A stretch of 64,000 nt of DNA, taken from Candidatus Parcubacteria bacterium (GTDB lineage: Bacteria > Patescibacteriota > Patescibacteriia > Patescibacteriales > UBA12075). The notes under the pieces are model-generated. The model worked only from the letters and a program-made list of their open reading frames with translations. It was not told where the DNA came from and searched no databases. Shown piece by piece: positions 1 through 10,304 of this stretch. The position numbers and the translations under genes were made by a program. Position 1 is the stretch's first letter. Every line of letters begins with the position of its first letter. The stretch spans positions 298,537 through 362,536 of the forward strand of contig CAWFCE010000002.1 in assembly GCA_963814275.1 (NCBI GenBank). Direction: 5' to 3'.

Positions 1-658
1 AAGTCCGCAATATGCCGTCTTTTTCCACTCCCAGGCAGTTATCGGCTGATCCGACCATGCCGACATCGGTAATTGCGGCCATCCCTTTTGCGCTTATACG
101 CGCATCGGCGGTCTGGACGTGGGTATGGGTACCGATTATCGCGCTGGCGCGGCCGTCGGCATAATGGGCCAAAGCGATTTTTTCCGAAGTCGTTTCGGCA
201 TGTATATCTACAATTATAGCAGAACGTGAATTCTTAGGCAAGTGATTATCCGCTAATATTTCATCCAATTTAATAAAAGGATTTTCCGGCTGCAGGGGCA
301 TAAACACCTGTCCGATCAGGTTAATCAAGAGTATCTTTGCACCGTTCTTTTCCAAAATGACCTGGCCTTTGCCAGGAACCGCGTTATTTGTGTTTGCCGG
401 GCGTAGAACCGGCAAATTGTCGAAAATAGCCAGTTGTTTTTTGTTTTTGAAGGCATGGTCGCCAGTCGTGAAATAATCAATCCCCGCCCCCCTTAATTCT
501 TCCACGATTGTTTCGGTAATGCCGGAGCCGTGGGCGCTGTTTTCGGCATTGGCAAACACAAAATCGAGACTGTGTTTATGGATGAGTCTGGGTAATAATT
601 TTTTAACGGTTTCCCGGCCAATCCGGCCGACAATATCACCGATGAATAATATTTTCAT
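1..658 (-). CDS. ymdB: YmdB-like metallophosphoesterase (2',3'-cyclic-nucleotide phosphodiesterase family); C-terminus runs off the left edge
   Basis: My own translation from the ATG at 658-656 gives MKILFIGDIVGRIGRETVKKLL...FVFANAENSAHGSGIT...TTGDHAF...IIGTHTHVQTAD. These are metallophosphoesterase motifs, and the gene sits in the classic position directly downstream of rny. It is absent from the ORF track because it has no stop codon inside the window. Confidence 0.8.
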   Translation of the reverse strand, partial: MKILFIGDIVGRIGRETVKKLLPRLIHKHSLDFVFANAENSAHGSGITETIVEELRGAGIDYFTTGDHAFKNKKQLAIFDNLPVLRPANTNNAVPGKGQVILEKNGAKILLINLIGQVFMPLQPENPFIKLDEILADNHLPKNSRSAIIVDIHAETTSEKIALAHYADGRASAIIGTHTHVQTADARISAKGMAAITDVGMVGSADNCLGVEKDGILRT

Positions 659-742
659 TTCCTGAGGATAATTAAAAACTTAGAAGAAAAAATAAATACT
701 ACATTTTATGCTAACATAACCTTATATTATTGGCAAGTAATT

Positions 743-775
743 AAAAACAAAAAACAACCGTTTGGTTGTTTTTTG
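743..775 (-). terminator. Rho-independent terminator after rny
   Basis: The stem aacaacc/ggttgtt (753-759 / 764-770) is followed on the minus strand by a T-run (A-run 743-752 on plus). It lies 25 nt past the rny stop. Confidence 0.65.
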
Positions 776-799
776 TTTGATATGTAAGTTGTCTGATTA

Positions 800-2314
800 T
801 TATCGGGCGAATTCGATCACGCGCATTTCGCGGATGACATTGACCTTGATCTCACCCGGGTACTTGAGTTCGCTTTCGATCTTTTTGGCGATCTCGCGGG
901 CCAGGTTATAGGCTTCGATATCATTGATCTCTTCGGGTGTGACAAATACGCGGACCTCGCGGCCGGCCTGGATGGCGTAGGATTTGTCCACGCCGGTAAA
1001 TGAGCTGGCGATTTTTTCCAGCTCTTCCAGGCGCTGCAAATAGCGTTCGTAGGTATCGGAGCGGGCGCCGGGTCGGGCGCCGGACATCGCATCGGCGATT
1101 TTTACTATTATCGATATCAGTCCGCGCGGCTTATCTTCGTGGTGGGTTTCGATCGGGGCAATAATATCTTCGGGCAAGCCGAATTTTTTGGCGATATCGC
1201 GTCCGATTTCGGGATGCGTCCCCTGGACTTCGTGGTCAACCGCTTTGCCGATATCGTGGAGTAGGCCGGCTTTCTTGGCAATTGTTACGTCCGCGCCCAA
1301 TTGCTCCGCCAAAAGGGCGGAAAGGTGGGCGACTTCCAGCGAATGGCGCAAGGCATTTTGCCCGTAGCTGGTGCGGTATTTCAAGCGGCCGATGATCGAT
1401 ACCAGCTTCGGATCCAAACCGGCGATGCCCAGTTCATAGAGGGCGTCTTCACCCGCTTTTTTGATGTCCATTGCCAATTCCTTTTTGGCGTCCTCGATCG
1501 CCGCTTCGATCTTGGTCGGATGGATGCGGCCGTCGAGGATCAGTTTGTCCAGGGTTTTTTTGGCGATGTGGCGCCGGATCGGCGAAAAGCCGGATACCAG
1601 GATCGAATTGGGCGTATCGTCTACTATGATTTCCGTACCGGTCAGCTGTTCGATCACTTTGATGTTGCGGCCTTCCCGGCCGATGATCCGCCCTTTCATT
1701 TCGTCGTTGGGCAGATCGACTGTTGTGGTCGTGATCTCAGGCGTGAAATTGGAAACCAGGCGCTGCATTGTGCTGGCCATAAGTTCCCGTGATTTTTCTT
1801 CCAGTACATCGGTCGTTTCGTTCTCCAGTTTGCGCAGTCGCGACATCAGCGATTCCTGCATCTGGCCTTCGATGTTTTTCATGATCACTTCGCGCGCCTC
1901 GTCCTTGGACATTTGCGCGATCTTTTCCAGCTTGTCCAGCTGGTCTTGCTTGATCTGTTTGATTTTTTCTTTTACTTCTTCGACTTTGGCGATCTTGTCA
2001 TAGAGTTTTTGCTGTTTGTCCTGGAGTTCTAGAAGTTTTTGGGAAAAAACGGTTTCCCGTTTTTCTAGCCGTGATTGCAGGTTGCCGATATCCTGGCGCC
2101 GTTTTTTTTCATCCTGCTTGGCTTCCTCGATGATTTTCAATGCTTTTTCCTGGGCCTTGAGTACCAATTCGTTCTGCTTGTTCTTAACCTCAGTAAGAAT
2201 TTTTTCCGCCCTTTGTTCGGCGGATTTGATCTTGGTATCGATCCGTTGCTGCCTGATCCAGTAGCCGACAAAAAAACCACCCCCGAGGAATACGGCATAC
2301 AATACATATTCCAT
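800..2314 (-). CDS. rny: Ribonuclease Y
   Basis: 504 aa with an N-terminal TM helix, a long K/E-rich coiled coil, a KH domain (GRIIGREGRNIKVIEQLTG) and an HD domain (RHSLEVAHL...LLHDIGKA). Confidence 0.95.
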   Translation of the reverse strand: MEYVLYAVFLGGGFFVGYWIRQQRIDTKIKSAEQRAEKILTEVKNKQNELVLKAQEKALKIIEEAKQDEKKRRQDIGNLQSRLEKRETVFSQKLLELQDKQQKLYDKIAKVEEVKEKIKQIKQDQLDKLEKIAQMSKDEAREVIMKNIEGQMQESLMSRLRKLENETTDVLEEKSRELMASTMQRLVSNFTPEITTTTVDLPNDEMKGRIIGREGRNIKVIEQLTGTEIIVDDTPNSILVSGFSPIRRHIAKKTLDKLILDGRIHPTKIEAAIEDAKKELAMDIKKAGEDALYELGIAGLDPKLVSIIGRLKYRTSYGQNALRHSLEVAHLSALLAEQLGADVTIAKKAGLLHDIGKAVDHEVQGTHPEIGRDIAKKFGLPEDIIAPIETHHEDKPRGLISIIVKIADAMSGARPGARSDTYERYLQRLEELEKIASSFTGVDKSYAIQAGREVRVFVTPEEINDIEAYNLAREIAKKIESELKYPGEIKVNVIREMRVIEFAR

Positions 2315-2627
2315 ATTCGCTATAGATCTCTAAATCCAAGGAGTGGCAGTTATAACCTTTGTATTTTGCCGAATTACAAAATCGCCGATACCATATCGAC
2401 TGTATTGGCGTTCTTTCTGTTAGCGCCGGCGTATGCGATTTGTTGAGGCAAAATATGAATTATGAACACAAGATTGATATAAGTCGAAATTCGCTAAGGT
2501 TATACTTGATCTTTCATTTCCTCGGATTCGAGATTTTTATTTATTAATTCGTATCCTAATTATTTCAGGATCACAGTTTCTATACTAACACAGAGGGACC
2601 GGTTTGTAAAGCCGGGAGTTCGGCGAG

Positions 2628-3206
2628 TTATTTCACGATTATTTTATCGATGATCCCGTATTTTTTCGCTTCTTCGGTGCTCATAAAACGGTCGCGATCT
2701 GTATCTTTTTCCACTTTCACGATCGTCTGATTGGTGTGTTTGGCCAATATTTTATTAAGCTGATCCTTCAGCTTGAGGATATATTCCGCGCGGATCTTGA
2801 TATCGGTTGCCTGGCCCTCGAATCCCCCCATAATTTGGTGGATCATTACCTGGCTATTGGGCAGGGCAAAACGCTTGCCCTTGGTGCCTGAGGCCAGCAG
2901 GACCGCTCCCATCGAAGCCGCCATGCCGATACAAATCGTGGAAACGTCGCTTTTGACGTATTGCATCGTGTCATAGATCGCCATACCTGCAGTAACCGAT
3001 CCACCGGGCGTATTGATATAGAATTTGATGTCTTTGCCTTTGCTTTCGGCATCCAGAAAAAGGAATTGGGCAATAATGATGTTGGCCGTATGGTCATTGA
3101 TCGGTTCACCCAGGAATATTATCCGGTCTTTCAACAGCCGGGAATAGATATCGTAGGCCCGTTCGATATGGCCTGATTTTTCGATAACGGTTGGTATCAA
3201 AGGCAT
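2628..3206 (-). CDS. clpP: ATP-dependent Clp protease proteolytic subunit
   Basis: 192 aa. [19 protein letters not shown], the catalytic Ser region [17 protein letters not shown] and MIHQIMGG are textbook ClpP motifs. Confidence 0.95.
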   Translation of the reverse strand: MPLIPTVIEKSGHIERAYDIYSRLLKDRIIFLGEPINDHTANIIIAQFLFLDAESKGKDIKFYINTPGGSVTAGMAIYDTMQYVKSDVSTICIGMAASMGAVLLASGTKGKRFALPNSQVMIHQIMGGFEGQATDIKIRAEYILKLKDQLNKILAKHTNQTIVKVEKDTDRDRFMSTEEAKKYGIIDKIIVK

Positions 3207-3307
3207 AAATTTAGTAATTAGTAATTAGTAATTGGAAATTTGAATAATATCCATATATGATTAAATATGATCCAAATTACCAATTTCCAGTTTCTAATTT
3301 CATTATT

Positions 3308-4291
3308 TTAGATTATATCCCACCCATCTTTTGATTTGACCAATTTGGCGTCGAGGACGAAGGCGCTGGCGCGGGGGTGGCCGCCGCCGCCCAGTTCCCG
3401 GGCGAGCTTAGAGATATCGATCTTTGGGTTCATGCTGCGCAGACTGCCCTTGATTTTGCCATCGTCCATTTCGCGCAATACCAGTATGGCATCGGCATCC
3501 GATATATTGGACAAGAAGCCCGGTACGCCTTCCATCTCTTCGTCGGTAGCGCCGGTTTCCCTGAAGTCATCGCGGGACAGCACTGTGATTGCCATATTGA
3601 AGCGTTTGTTAAGATACAGGCGGTGCATGGCAATGCCCCAGATCTTCATGCCGCCGATCGATTTGTTCCGCCAGGTGTTTTCCATAATCAGCGGAAAGCG
3701 GGCCCCGTAAAGCAGCATATCCGAGGCGATTTTGATCGTTTTGTCGGTGGTGGCGTCGTAGAGCAGGTTCCCGGTGTCGGTCAGGATCCCGGTAAGGATG
3801 CAAGTGGCCAGATTCTTGTTGATGCGGACCAGATTGGTACGCAGAAAGTCGAAAATGATCTCAACGGTCGAGGATGCTTTGGGATTCCTTATTTCCAGGT
3901 TGGCATAATCATGGACCTTGGGATGATGGTCAAATTCGATAACGAACTGGTCTTTGCGCCGTGCCTGGATCTCTTCGGTCAGAGAAGTGCGGGAAAGCTG
4001 TCCGCAGTCCAGGACGATGATAACATCGAATTGCCCGACATCCAGCAATTTTTTATCGGTAATTATCTTATCGATATGGGGCAGAAATCCGAACTGGGGC
4101 GGAGGGATATCGTGGCAAAAAGGCAAACAGTCCTTTTCCAGGAGCTGCATCAACTCGATTATCGCGCACATGGCAGCCAAGGCATCGCCGTCCGGCCGGT
4201 CATGGGTTACTATCAGGACGCGGTCGGCGGTGGTTATTTGGCCCAAGGCCTTAAGGTACTTGGGGGCAAGCATGACCGTAGCGGGTGTCAT
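3308..4291 (-). CDS. DHH/DHHA1 family phosphoesterase (NrnA-like oligoribonuclease/pAp phosphatase)
   Basis: VTHDRPDGDALAA, VIIVLDC, EFDHHP and the C-terminal DHHA1 motif GGGGHPRASAF. It sits downstream of infB-rbfA, as in many bacteria. Confidence 0.8.
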   Translation of the reverse strand: MTPATVMLAPKYLKALGQITTADRVLIVTHDRPDGDALAAMCAIIELMQLLEKDCLPFCHDIPPPQFGFLPHIDKIITDKKLLDVGQFDVIIVLDCGQLSRTSLTEEIQARRKDQFVIEFDHHPKVHDYANLEIRNPKASSTVEIIFDFLRTNLVRINKNLATCILTGILTDTGNLLYDATTDKTIKIASDMLLYGARFPLIMENTWRNKSIGGMKIWGIAMHRLYLNKRFNMAITVLSRDDFRETGATDEEMEGVPGFLSNISDADAILVLREMDDGKIKGSLRSMNPKIDISKLARELGGGGHPRASAFVLDAKLVKSKDGWDII

Positions 4292-4340
4292 CGGTTTGTT
4301 ATTGGATATTATTTAATTAGATTGGGAAATATTGAAAAAT

Positions 4341-4667
4341 CTAGTTCAATTCATCGAATACTTTTTCGATGTTGGCGGCGTAACGTTCGGCTGAATCGAT
4401 TTTCCAGGAAAAATTCGGGATAAACTTCATTTTGAGCTTGCTTTTCAATTCACGGGAAAATTCCGAGCTATGGCGGCGGAGATTCTTCAGCACCGTACCG
4501 GATATATTTTCCGGTAGAACGGAAATGAAAACAGTGGCATATTTGAGATCGGCGCCGCATTTTACCCGGATTACCGTTATTAGCCCTTGGTCCAAAGGCA
4601 GCTTAGCCGATATCATTTGGGCCAGTTCGGCCCGAAGCAATTCGTTGATCCGGTCGATTCTTGACAT
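4341..4667 (-). CDS. rbfA: Ribosome-binding factor A
   Basis: 108 aa. RIDRINELLRAELAQMI...ITVIRVKCGADLKYATVFISV is the typical RbfA pattern, and the gene lies immediately downstream of infB. Confidence 0.85.
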   Translation of the reverse strand: MSRIDRINELLRAELAQMISAKLPLDQGLITVIRVKCGADLKYATVFISVLPENISGTVLKNLRRHSSEFSRELKSKLKMKFIPNFSWKIDSAERYAANIEKVFDELN

Positions 4668-4713
4668 GGTGGCAGAGAATTATTTTTTGAAATTATGGCT
4701 TTAAAGTTTGTGC

Positions 4714-6687
4714 TTATTTCAACTGGCTGATTGATTCGATTTCTTTGATGAATTCCAGTATATCGTCTTCAGCGAGAGGTTCCTTGGTTTCCAGCTGCAA
4801 TCCGCATTCCTGGCCGGATTCGACCCGGGAAACATTCTGTTTGCCCGATTGGAGCTGGATGACCCGGCCTTTGCCGACCATTTCCTGGCCGCGGTGTATT
4901 TCTATGGTGGCGTCAGTTTCGGCGGTGCCGTTTACCACTTTGCCGCCGATAATCTGCTGGTTCTTTTCCGTGCGGAATATCGCCAGAACTTTTAATTTGC
5001 CCAAGACAACCCTTTCGACCGTCGGTCGGATTCTGGCTTGCATTAATTTTTTGATATCGTTGATCAAGTCGTAAATTATCGAGTAAAGCCGAATATCGGC
5101 ATTCGTTTCCCGGGCCATATTTTCCATTTGCGGCGCCAATTTGACATTAAAGCCGACGATAACCGCCCCGGCCGCTTCCGCCCTCTTCAAATCGCCATCG
5201 GTAATATTGCCGAGTCCTTTGTGGATTATTTTGACCTTAACATCCTTAGTGTTGATCTTTTCCAGCGATTCTTCGATTGCTTCCGCCGATCCCAGCACAT
5301 CGCTTTTGATCACGATGTTGACGGTGGCAATATCGTCGGACGTATCTGTCTCGGCTTCGGCATTGGCCGCTGTGCCGTTTAGGGTGATTCCCTTTATCCT
5401 TTTGTGCCTGATGCGTTCGCCTGAGCCGACTTCAATGATATCGCCCACTTGCGGCATCGCCTTAAGGCCGATGATTTGCGCGGGCGTCGACGGGCCGGCT
5501 TCGGCGATCATTTCTCCGCGGTAGTCCTTCAATGCCCGGACCTTACCGACGGCGATCTTATTGGCGATCAGCTCATCGCCGGTTTTTAACGTTCCGTTTT
5601 GGACCAATATCGTAGCGATCGGACCGGCGCCTTTGTCGATATTCGATTCGATGATCGTGCCGATGCCGGGCGAATGCGGGTTGGCCTGAATATTGTCCGA
5701 TTCCGTTTCGGCAGCCAGCAAAACCAGGTCCAAGAGCTCATCAATGCCGGTCCCTTTGAGGGCTGATATGGGCGCGCAAATGATCTTTCCGCCCCAATCC
5801 TCGGGCATGACGCCTAATTGGTTGGATAATTCCTGCTTGACCTTGTCGATATTGGCTTCCGGCTTGTCGATCTTGTTGATGGCGATAACATAAGGGATTT
5901 TGGTGGCTTCGATTATCTTGAAGGCTTCGATCGTCTGCGGCTTGACCCCGTCGTCGGCGGCTACGACCAGGATCGCGATGTCAGCGATCCGGGCGCCGCG
6001 GCTGCGCATGGCCGTAAATGCTTCATGGCCGGGTGTATCGATGAAGGTGATCAGTTTATCGTTCTTTTTCGCCTGATAAGCGCCGATGTGCTGGGTGATC
6101 CCGCCCGCTTCCCCGTCTACGATATGGGTTTTGCGGATGGCGTCCAGAAGCTTGGTCTTGCCGTGATCGACATGGCCCATTACCACAATTACGGGGGGTC
6201 GGGGTTCCAGATCGGTTTCCTGGGCCAGATTTTCTTTCAGCCGGTTTTCTTGGCCGGCAGTATCTGTATCTTCATTTTCCAGTTTATTGACTGTCAGTCC
6301 CAACTCCTGGCCGACCAGCCAGGCGGTTTCATAATCGATTTTTTCGTTCAAAGAGGCGAAAATTCCGTTTTTCATCAGTTCCGAGATAACCGCGCTGACC
6401 GGCACATTAGCCAAATGCGCCAGCTCTTTGACCGCTATATAATTGGAAATAGTGATCGAGGTTTTAGCCTGGACCTTTACCTTTTCCAGCTTCGTTTCCT
6501 CGGCGGCTTTTTCTTTCTGCTGCTCGATCTGCCGCCGGAGGCGCGGCCAGTCCCTGATTATTTGCGTGGCTACATTGCGGTTAATTTTGATCGCTTTTTG
6601 GCCGATATCATAACCGAATTGCGGCAGATAATTGCGCAATTCATGCGGATTGATCCTAAGTTGTCGGGCTAATTCGGAAATGTTCAT
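4714..6687 (-). CDS. infB: Translation initiation factor IF-2
   Basis: 657 aa with G-domain motifs [20 protein letters not shown] and NKIDK, plus C-terminal IF2 domains. Confidence 0.95.
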   Translation of the reverse strand: MNISELARQLRINPHELRNYLPQFGYDIGQKAIKINRNVATQIIRDWPRLRRQIEQQKEKAAEETKLEKVKVQAKTSITISNYIAVKELAHLANVPVSAVISELMKNGIFASLNEKIDYETAWLVGQELGLTVNKLENEDTDTAGQENRLKENLAQETDLEPRPPVIVVMGHVDHGKTKLLDAIRKTHIVDGEAGGITQHIGAYQAKKNDKLITFIDTPGHEAFTAMRSRGARIADIAILVVAADDGVKPQTIEAFKIIEATKIPYVIAINKIDKPEANIDKVKQELSNQLGVMPEDWGGKIICAPISALKGTGIDELLDLVLLAAETESDNIQANPHSPGIGTIIESNIDKGAGPIATILVQNGTLKTGDELIANKIAVGKVRALKDYRGEMIAEAGPSTPAQIIGLKAMPQVGDIIEVGSGERIRHKRIKGITLNGTAANAEAETDTSDDIATVNIVIKSDVLGSAEAIEESLEKINTKDVKVKIIHKGLGNITDGDLKRAEAAGAVIVGFNVKLAPQMENMARETNADIRLYSIIYDLINDIKKLMQARIRPTVERVVLGKLKVLAIFRTEKNQQIIGGKVVNGTAETDATIEIHRGQEMVGKGRVIQLQSGKQNVSRVESGQECGLQLETKEPLAEDDILEFIKEIESISQLK

Positions 6688-6855
6688 ATAATATTATGCC
6701 AATATGCGAATTAAGGCGAACGCCGCGAATCGCGGATCAGCAATCAGTAAATCAAAAACAAGGATGATTTCCTTGCATGGGTTACTTGAATTTTATTAAA
6801 CTTTACAATATTATTTAGATAAAGTCAAATAAGAATACGATTACACGAATCAATA

Positions 6856-7560
6856 ATGAACGCACAAATATTTATAAATATGGATAATGAAAAATCAGGT
6901 TTTTTATTAATTAATAAGCCGAGCGGGCCGACGTCGCACGATATAGTCAATCAATTGCGCCGTGTTACGGGAATAAAAAAGATCGGCCATGCGGGCACGC
7001 TGGACCCTTTCGCCAGCGGGCTTTTGATCATGGCGGTCGGACGCGAGGCTACCCGGGAAATCAGCCATTTCGTTAAATTGGACAAAATGTATATCGCGAC
7101 ATTGCGGCTTGGTGCGGTAACAGACACCTTTGATCGAGAAGGAACCATTAAAACATCGAATGTCGAATGTCGAATGTCGAATGCAAAATTAGAAAAAATT
7201 CTGCGCCAGTTCATAGGTAAACAAAAACAAATTCCGCCGATGTATAGTGCCAAGAAGATCGGTGGTAAAAAGCTGTATCAGCTGGCCCGCCGCGGCATTA
7301 CGATCGAACGCGAACCGGTAGACATAGAGATATATGACATTGAATTAGCCGGATACGATTGGCCTATGCTCAAAATAAAAACCCGCGTTTCGAGCGGGAC
7401 TTATATACGGGCATTGGCGCGTGATATCGGATTGGCTCTCGGTTGCGGAGCCTATCTCCACGCGCTGGAACGAACCGCCATCGGCGGCTATAGTATATTG
7501 GATGCGTCCGGTCTTGATGCCCTTAAGGAGGATAATTGGCAAAAAAAGTTGTTTGTATAG
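6856..7560 (+). CDS. truB: tRNA pseudouridine(55) synthase
   Basis: GFLLINKPSGPTSHD, the catalytic Asp region GHAGTLDPFASGLL and QIPPMYSAKKIGGKKLY. The start could instead be the second Met at 6880. A heptamer repeat tract lies at 7156-7184. Confidence 0.9.
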   Translation: MNAQIFINMDNEKSGFLLINKPSGPTSHDIVNQLRRVTGIKKIGHAGTLDPFASGLLIMAVGREATREISHFVKLDKMYIATLRLGAVTDTFDREGTIKTSNVECRMSNAKLEKILRQFIGKQKQIPPMYSAKKIGGKKLYQLARRGITIEREPVDIEIYDIELAGYDWPMLKIKTRVSSGTYIRALARDIGLALGCGAYLHALERTAIGGYSILDASGLDALKEDNWQKKLFV

Positions 7561-7566
7561 GCAGGG

Positions 7567-8334
7567 CTAAGGGTGAGTTTGCGGGTTTAAACGCATAAAA
7601 ATATCGCCATTTTCCTGAAAATCAATTTTATTTATTATCTCAATAAACTTATTTATCTCCAGCCAGTCTTCCTGCTTGAATTCCGGGGAATCAGTGGCCA
7701 CGAAATTAAACCGGTAATCGCCAAGTTTGGAAATCAAATGGAGACAATCGAGCGTATCCGTTTTTGCCGCTGAATTGAATTCGATTGACATCAGGGGCAG
7801 GGGCGCGCTTAATCCGCTTAAGACCTGGTATTCGAAATTCTCCACGTCGATCTTAATGTAGTCCGGCCGGCCGAATTCCTTTATCAATTCATCGAGAGTT
7901 GTTATCGGTACTGTGATGGATTTTCGCCAAAGTTCTTTCTTAAAGCCGGTTTCTTTGTGTTTGGCGGAAAAAGTCGATACGGTTGGCCGGTTGTGGCAGA
8001 TGAAGAAAGGCAGCTCTCCCGGCCGATTGCCCACCCCCTTTTTTACTATTATGACTTTTGTGTCATTCCTAAATCTGTCAGCGAGGCGGCTCGCGACTTG
8101 CGGGTTTGGCTCTACGGCCACAACCTTTTTCGCCAATTGCCGGAAGATATCGGTATGGTCGCCGAGATGGGCGCCGACATCGAATACCAAAAAATCTTCG
8201 GCAAGTATTTGGCCGTATAACAACCGTAGCCTTTTTTCTGAATGGTCGAATAATTTCTTGTATATCGGACGTAAAAGATAGATAACTTGTTCCGGCAAAA
8301 AACGATTGATATAGAATAAGAATTTTTTCATCAT
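7567..8334 (-). CDS. FkbM-family SAM-dependent methyltransferase
   Basis: VFDVGAHLGDHT (SAM-binding loop), VVAVEPNP and IKIDVENFEYQVLSG match the FkbM family pattern. Confidence 0.75.
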   Translation of the reverse strand: MMKKFLFYINRFLPEQVIYLLRPIYKKLFDHSEKRLRLLYGQILAEDFLVFDVGAHLGDHTDIFRQLAKKVVAVEPNPQVASRLADRFRNDTKVIIVKKGVGNRPGELPFFICHNRPTVSTFSAKHKETGFKKELWRKSITVPITTLDELIKEFGRPDYIKIDVENFEYQVLSGLSAPLPLMSIEFNSAAKTDTLDCLHLISKLGDYRFNFVATDSPEFKQEDWLEINKFIEIINKIDFQENGDIFMRLNPQTHP

Positions 8335-8353
8335 CCGGTTTGTTTTAAGTTAT

Positions 8354-9265
8354 TCAATTGATTTTATCGAGCCAAGTCGCTTCCCGGCCATAGCCTTGTT
8401 CTTGCATCAGCGAGCCGCAGTGCTTGTTCAATATTTTCGCCCTATCCGCCCCCCAATCGTTCCACTTCGGAATGACATCAAAGGGGGCGGGGTGTATTCG
8501 CCGTTTAAGCATATCTTCAGCCAAGTTTTTTTGGCTGGACGTCAGGGGGAGATTAAGCAAAAATTCAGCCATTTGGACCAGTGTTTGCGGCATCTGTTCG
8601 CTATTGATAATATCTTCGAATCGGTACAAGCGTACATGGGGATTTTGTTTGACAGCATCCAGGGCATAGCGGTTGATATAATTCCACGACCAGGCCAGCT
8701 TCTCGAAATTATCGTATTTTTTCCAGGCCGCCAGATGCGCCCGGTCATTGACCATTTTCGGTGTCGGCCGGTTGCCCAGCCAGACATTGATATCCCGCGG
8801 ATCGAAAAAATTCTTTTTATTCATCCATGACCGGACCCAGTCGCGGGGGTCGCGGATGATATAGGCCGCCCGGCAGTTAGCGAAAGCCAGCGGCAGGACA
8901 TCCAGCAGGCCGTAATAATGGTAGCTGCTTTCGACATATAAGCGGCCGGGCAGAGAATTGACGAATCTGTTCCGCACCTTGACCAATCTGGCAGCGGCTT
9001 CTTCAGCCGTTATTTTTTTTGCCAGCCTGAGGTTGGAAATATATTCGATATCACGCCGGCCGATCAGCTTTTTCAGGACTGCGCCGGCCAACCCATAAAG
9101 CCGGATCGCCTGCCAGGTTTTTTTCGTAAACAAAGTATTGCGGTCGATCATACCAGGTTCGTGCAGGACCGTATCGCCAGGCGCCAACGCCCGGAACAGG
9201 GCGGTCATGAACGTCGTACCGGTCCGGCCGAGGGACGTGATGATGATGCTGGTTTTTTCGATCAT
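8354..9265 (-). CDS. Sulfotransferase family protein
   Basis: A 5'-PSB-like loop (SLGRTGTTFM) and a 3'-PB-like motif (IIRDPRDWVRSW) are characteristic of PAPS-dependent sulfotransferases. Confidence 0.65.
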   Translation of the reverse strand: MIEKTSIIITSLGRTGTTFMTALFRALAPGDTVLHEPGMIDRNTLFTKKTWQAIRLYGLAGAVLKKLIGRRDIEYISNLRLAKKITAEEAAARLVKVRNRFVNSLPGRLYVESSYHYYGLLDVLPLAFANCRAAYIIRDPRDWVRSWMNKKNFFDPRDINVWLGNRPTPKMVNDRAHLAAWKKYDNFEKLAWSWNYINRYALDAVKQNPHVRLYRFEDIINSEQMPQTLVQMAEFLLNLPLTSSQKNLAEDMLKRRIHPAPFDVIPKWNDWGADRAKILNKHCGSLMQEQGYGREATWLDKIN

Positions 9266-9317
9266 ATTTTCAGGTATTATTTTGTTAGCACCGGTTGGTT
9301 GCGCGCAGTAGCCAATT

Positions 9318-10304
9318 TTATTCTGGTTCGTTCCCCTCTTTCGAGCGGTTTTTATGCGTTAGCCAGGGAATTATAAAAATGACTGAGATTATCGGTAGCC
9401 AGGCCAGGGTGCTTACGCGGTCGACCAAAGCGACCAGCGCGGCCTGGTCGACATTCCCGGCAGTGAAGCCGGCCGTTATGGCCATGGCTGCTTCGCGGAT
9501 GCCGATGGCCGCCGGTGTGAAGGTAACGAAAGACGCGATATTACCTGCCGCCCCGATCGTGGCGGCGGTCAGGAACGAAATACCGCCGTAAAAAATGTGA
9601 TACAAATACCAGAGTTTGGCGGCAAATACCAGGTTGGCGGCGATAGCATACGCCATGACCGGCATGAACAGACCGCGCCGGCGGAACGATTGCCACTGTC
9701 CATGCAGTTCGTACATTATTTTTTTTGCTACCGGCGGTAATAATACGGCGGGAAAGCAGATCGCGGCCAGGGCCGCGCCGGCGGCGCAAATCATGGCTCC
9801 CAATAGCCATAAATTCACATGGGAGAACCGCCAGGCAATAAGCAGCAGGGCAGTAATACCGACGAGGGCGGCGCCGAGCACAGCCGCTATGATCACGAAT
9901 ACCGAAAGCATGACGAACAGGCGATAACTCAGCGCGTAGCGTTTTTTGAGATAAACCCCCCTGAATACGGGGCCGCTTTTTATCAGGATATGGTTCATCA
10001 GGCGGTTCAATGCCGCCAGTCCCAGCCAGTCCGGAACCGACAAGCGGAAACCGAGCGAACGGAGAGCGACCATAAAAACCGAAGCGTTCAGGACCAGATT
10101 GATGATCGTGAGCACTGAAATGATCAGGATGTTCACGGGACTCAATTTTGTCAGGATCACGAAATCCTCACCATGACGGTAGATATATACGGCTAACGCC
10201 GCCAATGCCGCCAGAGTGAAGGCGATCTTCCCGGCCAGCCGGTATTTTTCGAATTTTCCGGCAGCGCGATCGCCGTTATTCATTTTTTCGCTGACGTTCG
10301 TCAT
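9318..10304 (-). CDS. Polytopic membrane protein, LPG-synthase-TM / flippase-like (UPF0104-like)
   Basis: 328 aa with ~8 predicted TM helices and an overall pattern resembling the lysylphosphatidylglycerol-synthase TM/flippase-like family. A 4-nt overlap with the upstream GT gene suggests translational coupling. Confidence 0.5.
   Translation of the reverse strand: MTNVSEKMNNGDRAAGKFEKYRLAGKIAFTLAALAALAVYIYRHGEDFVILTKLSPVNILIISVLTIINLVLNASVFMVALRSLGFRLSVPDWLGLAALNRLMNHILIKSGPVFRGVYLKKRYALSYRLFVMLSVFVIIAAVLGAALVGITALLLIAWRFSHVNLWLLGAMICAAGAALAAICFPAVLLPPVAKKIMYELHGQWQSFRRRGLFMPVMAYAIAANLVFAAKLWYLYHIFYGGISFLTAATIGAAGNIASFVTFTPAAIGIREAAMAITAGFTAGNVDQAALVALVDRVSTLAWLPIISVIFIIPWLTHKNRSKEGNEPE

Noticed and set aside
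3377-4423. Long antisense or shadow ORFs opposite real genes. Examples: 3377..4423, 1301..2003, 6025..6672, 19186..19641, 20473..21069, 28160..28765, 29943..30962, 31865..32524, 34339..34833, 46759..47319, 53538..54245 and 58897..59562.
   Set aside because: Each is antisense to, or out of frame with, a gene that has clear family motifs. Their translations are low-complexity (R/G/P/D-rich) and have no recognisable domains.
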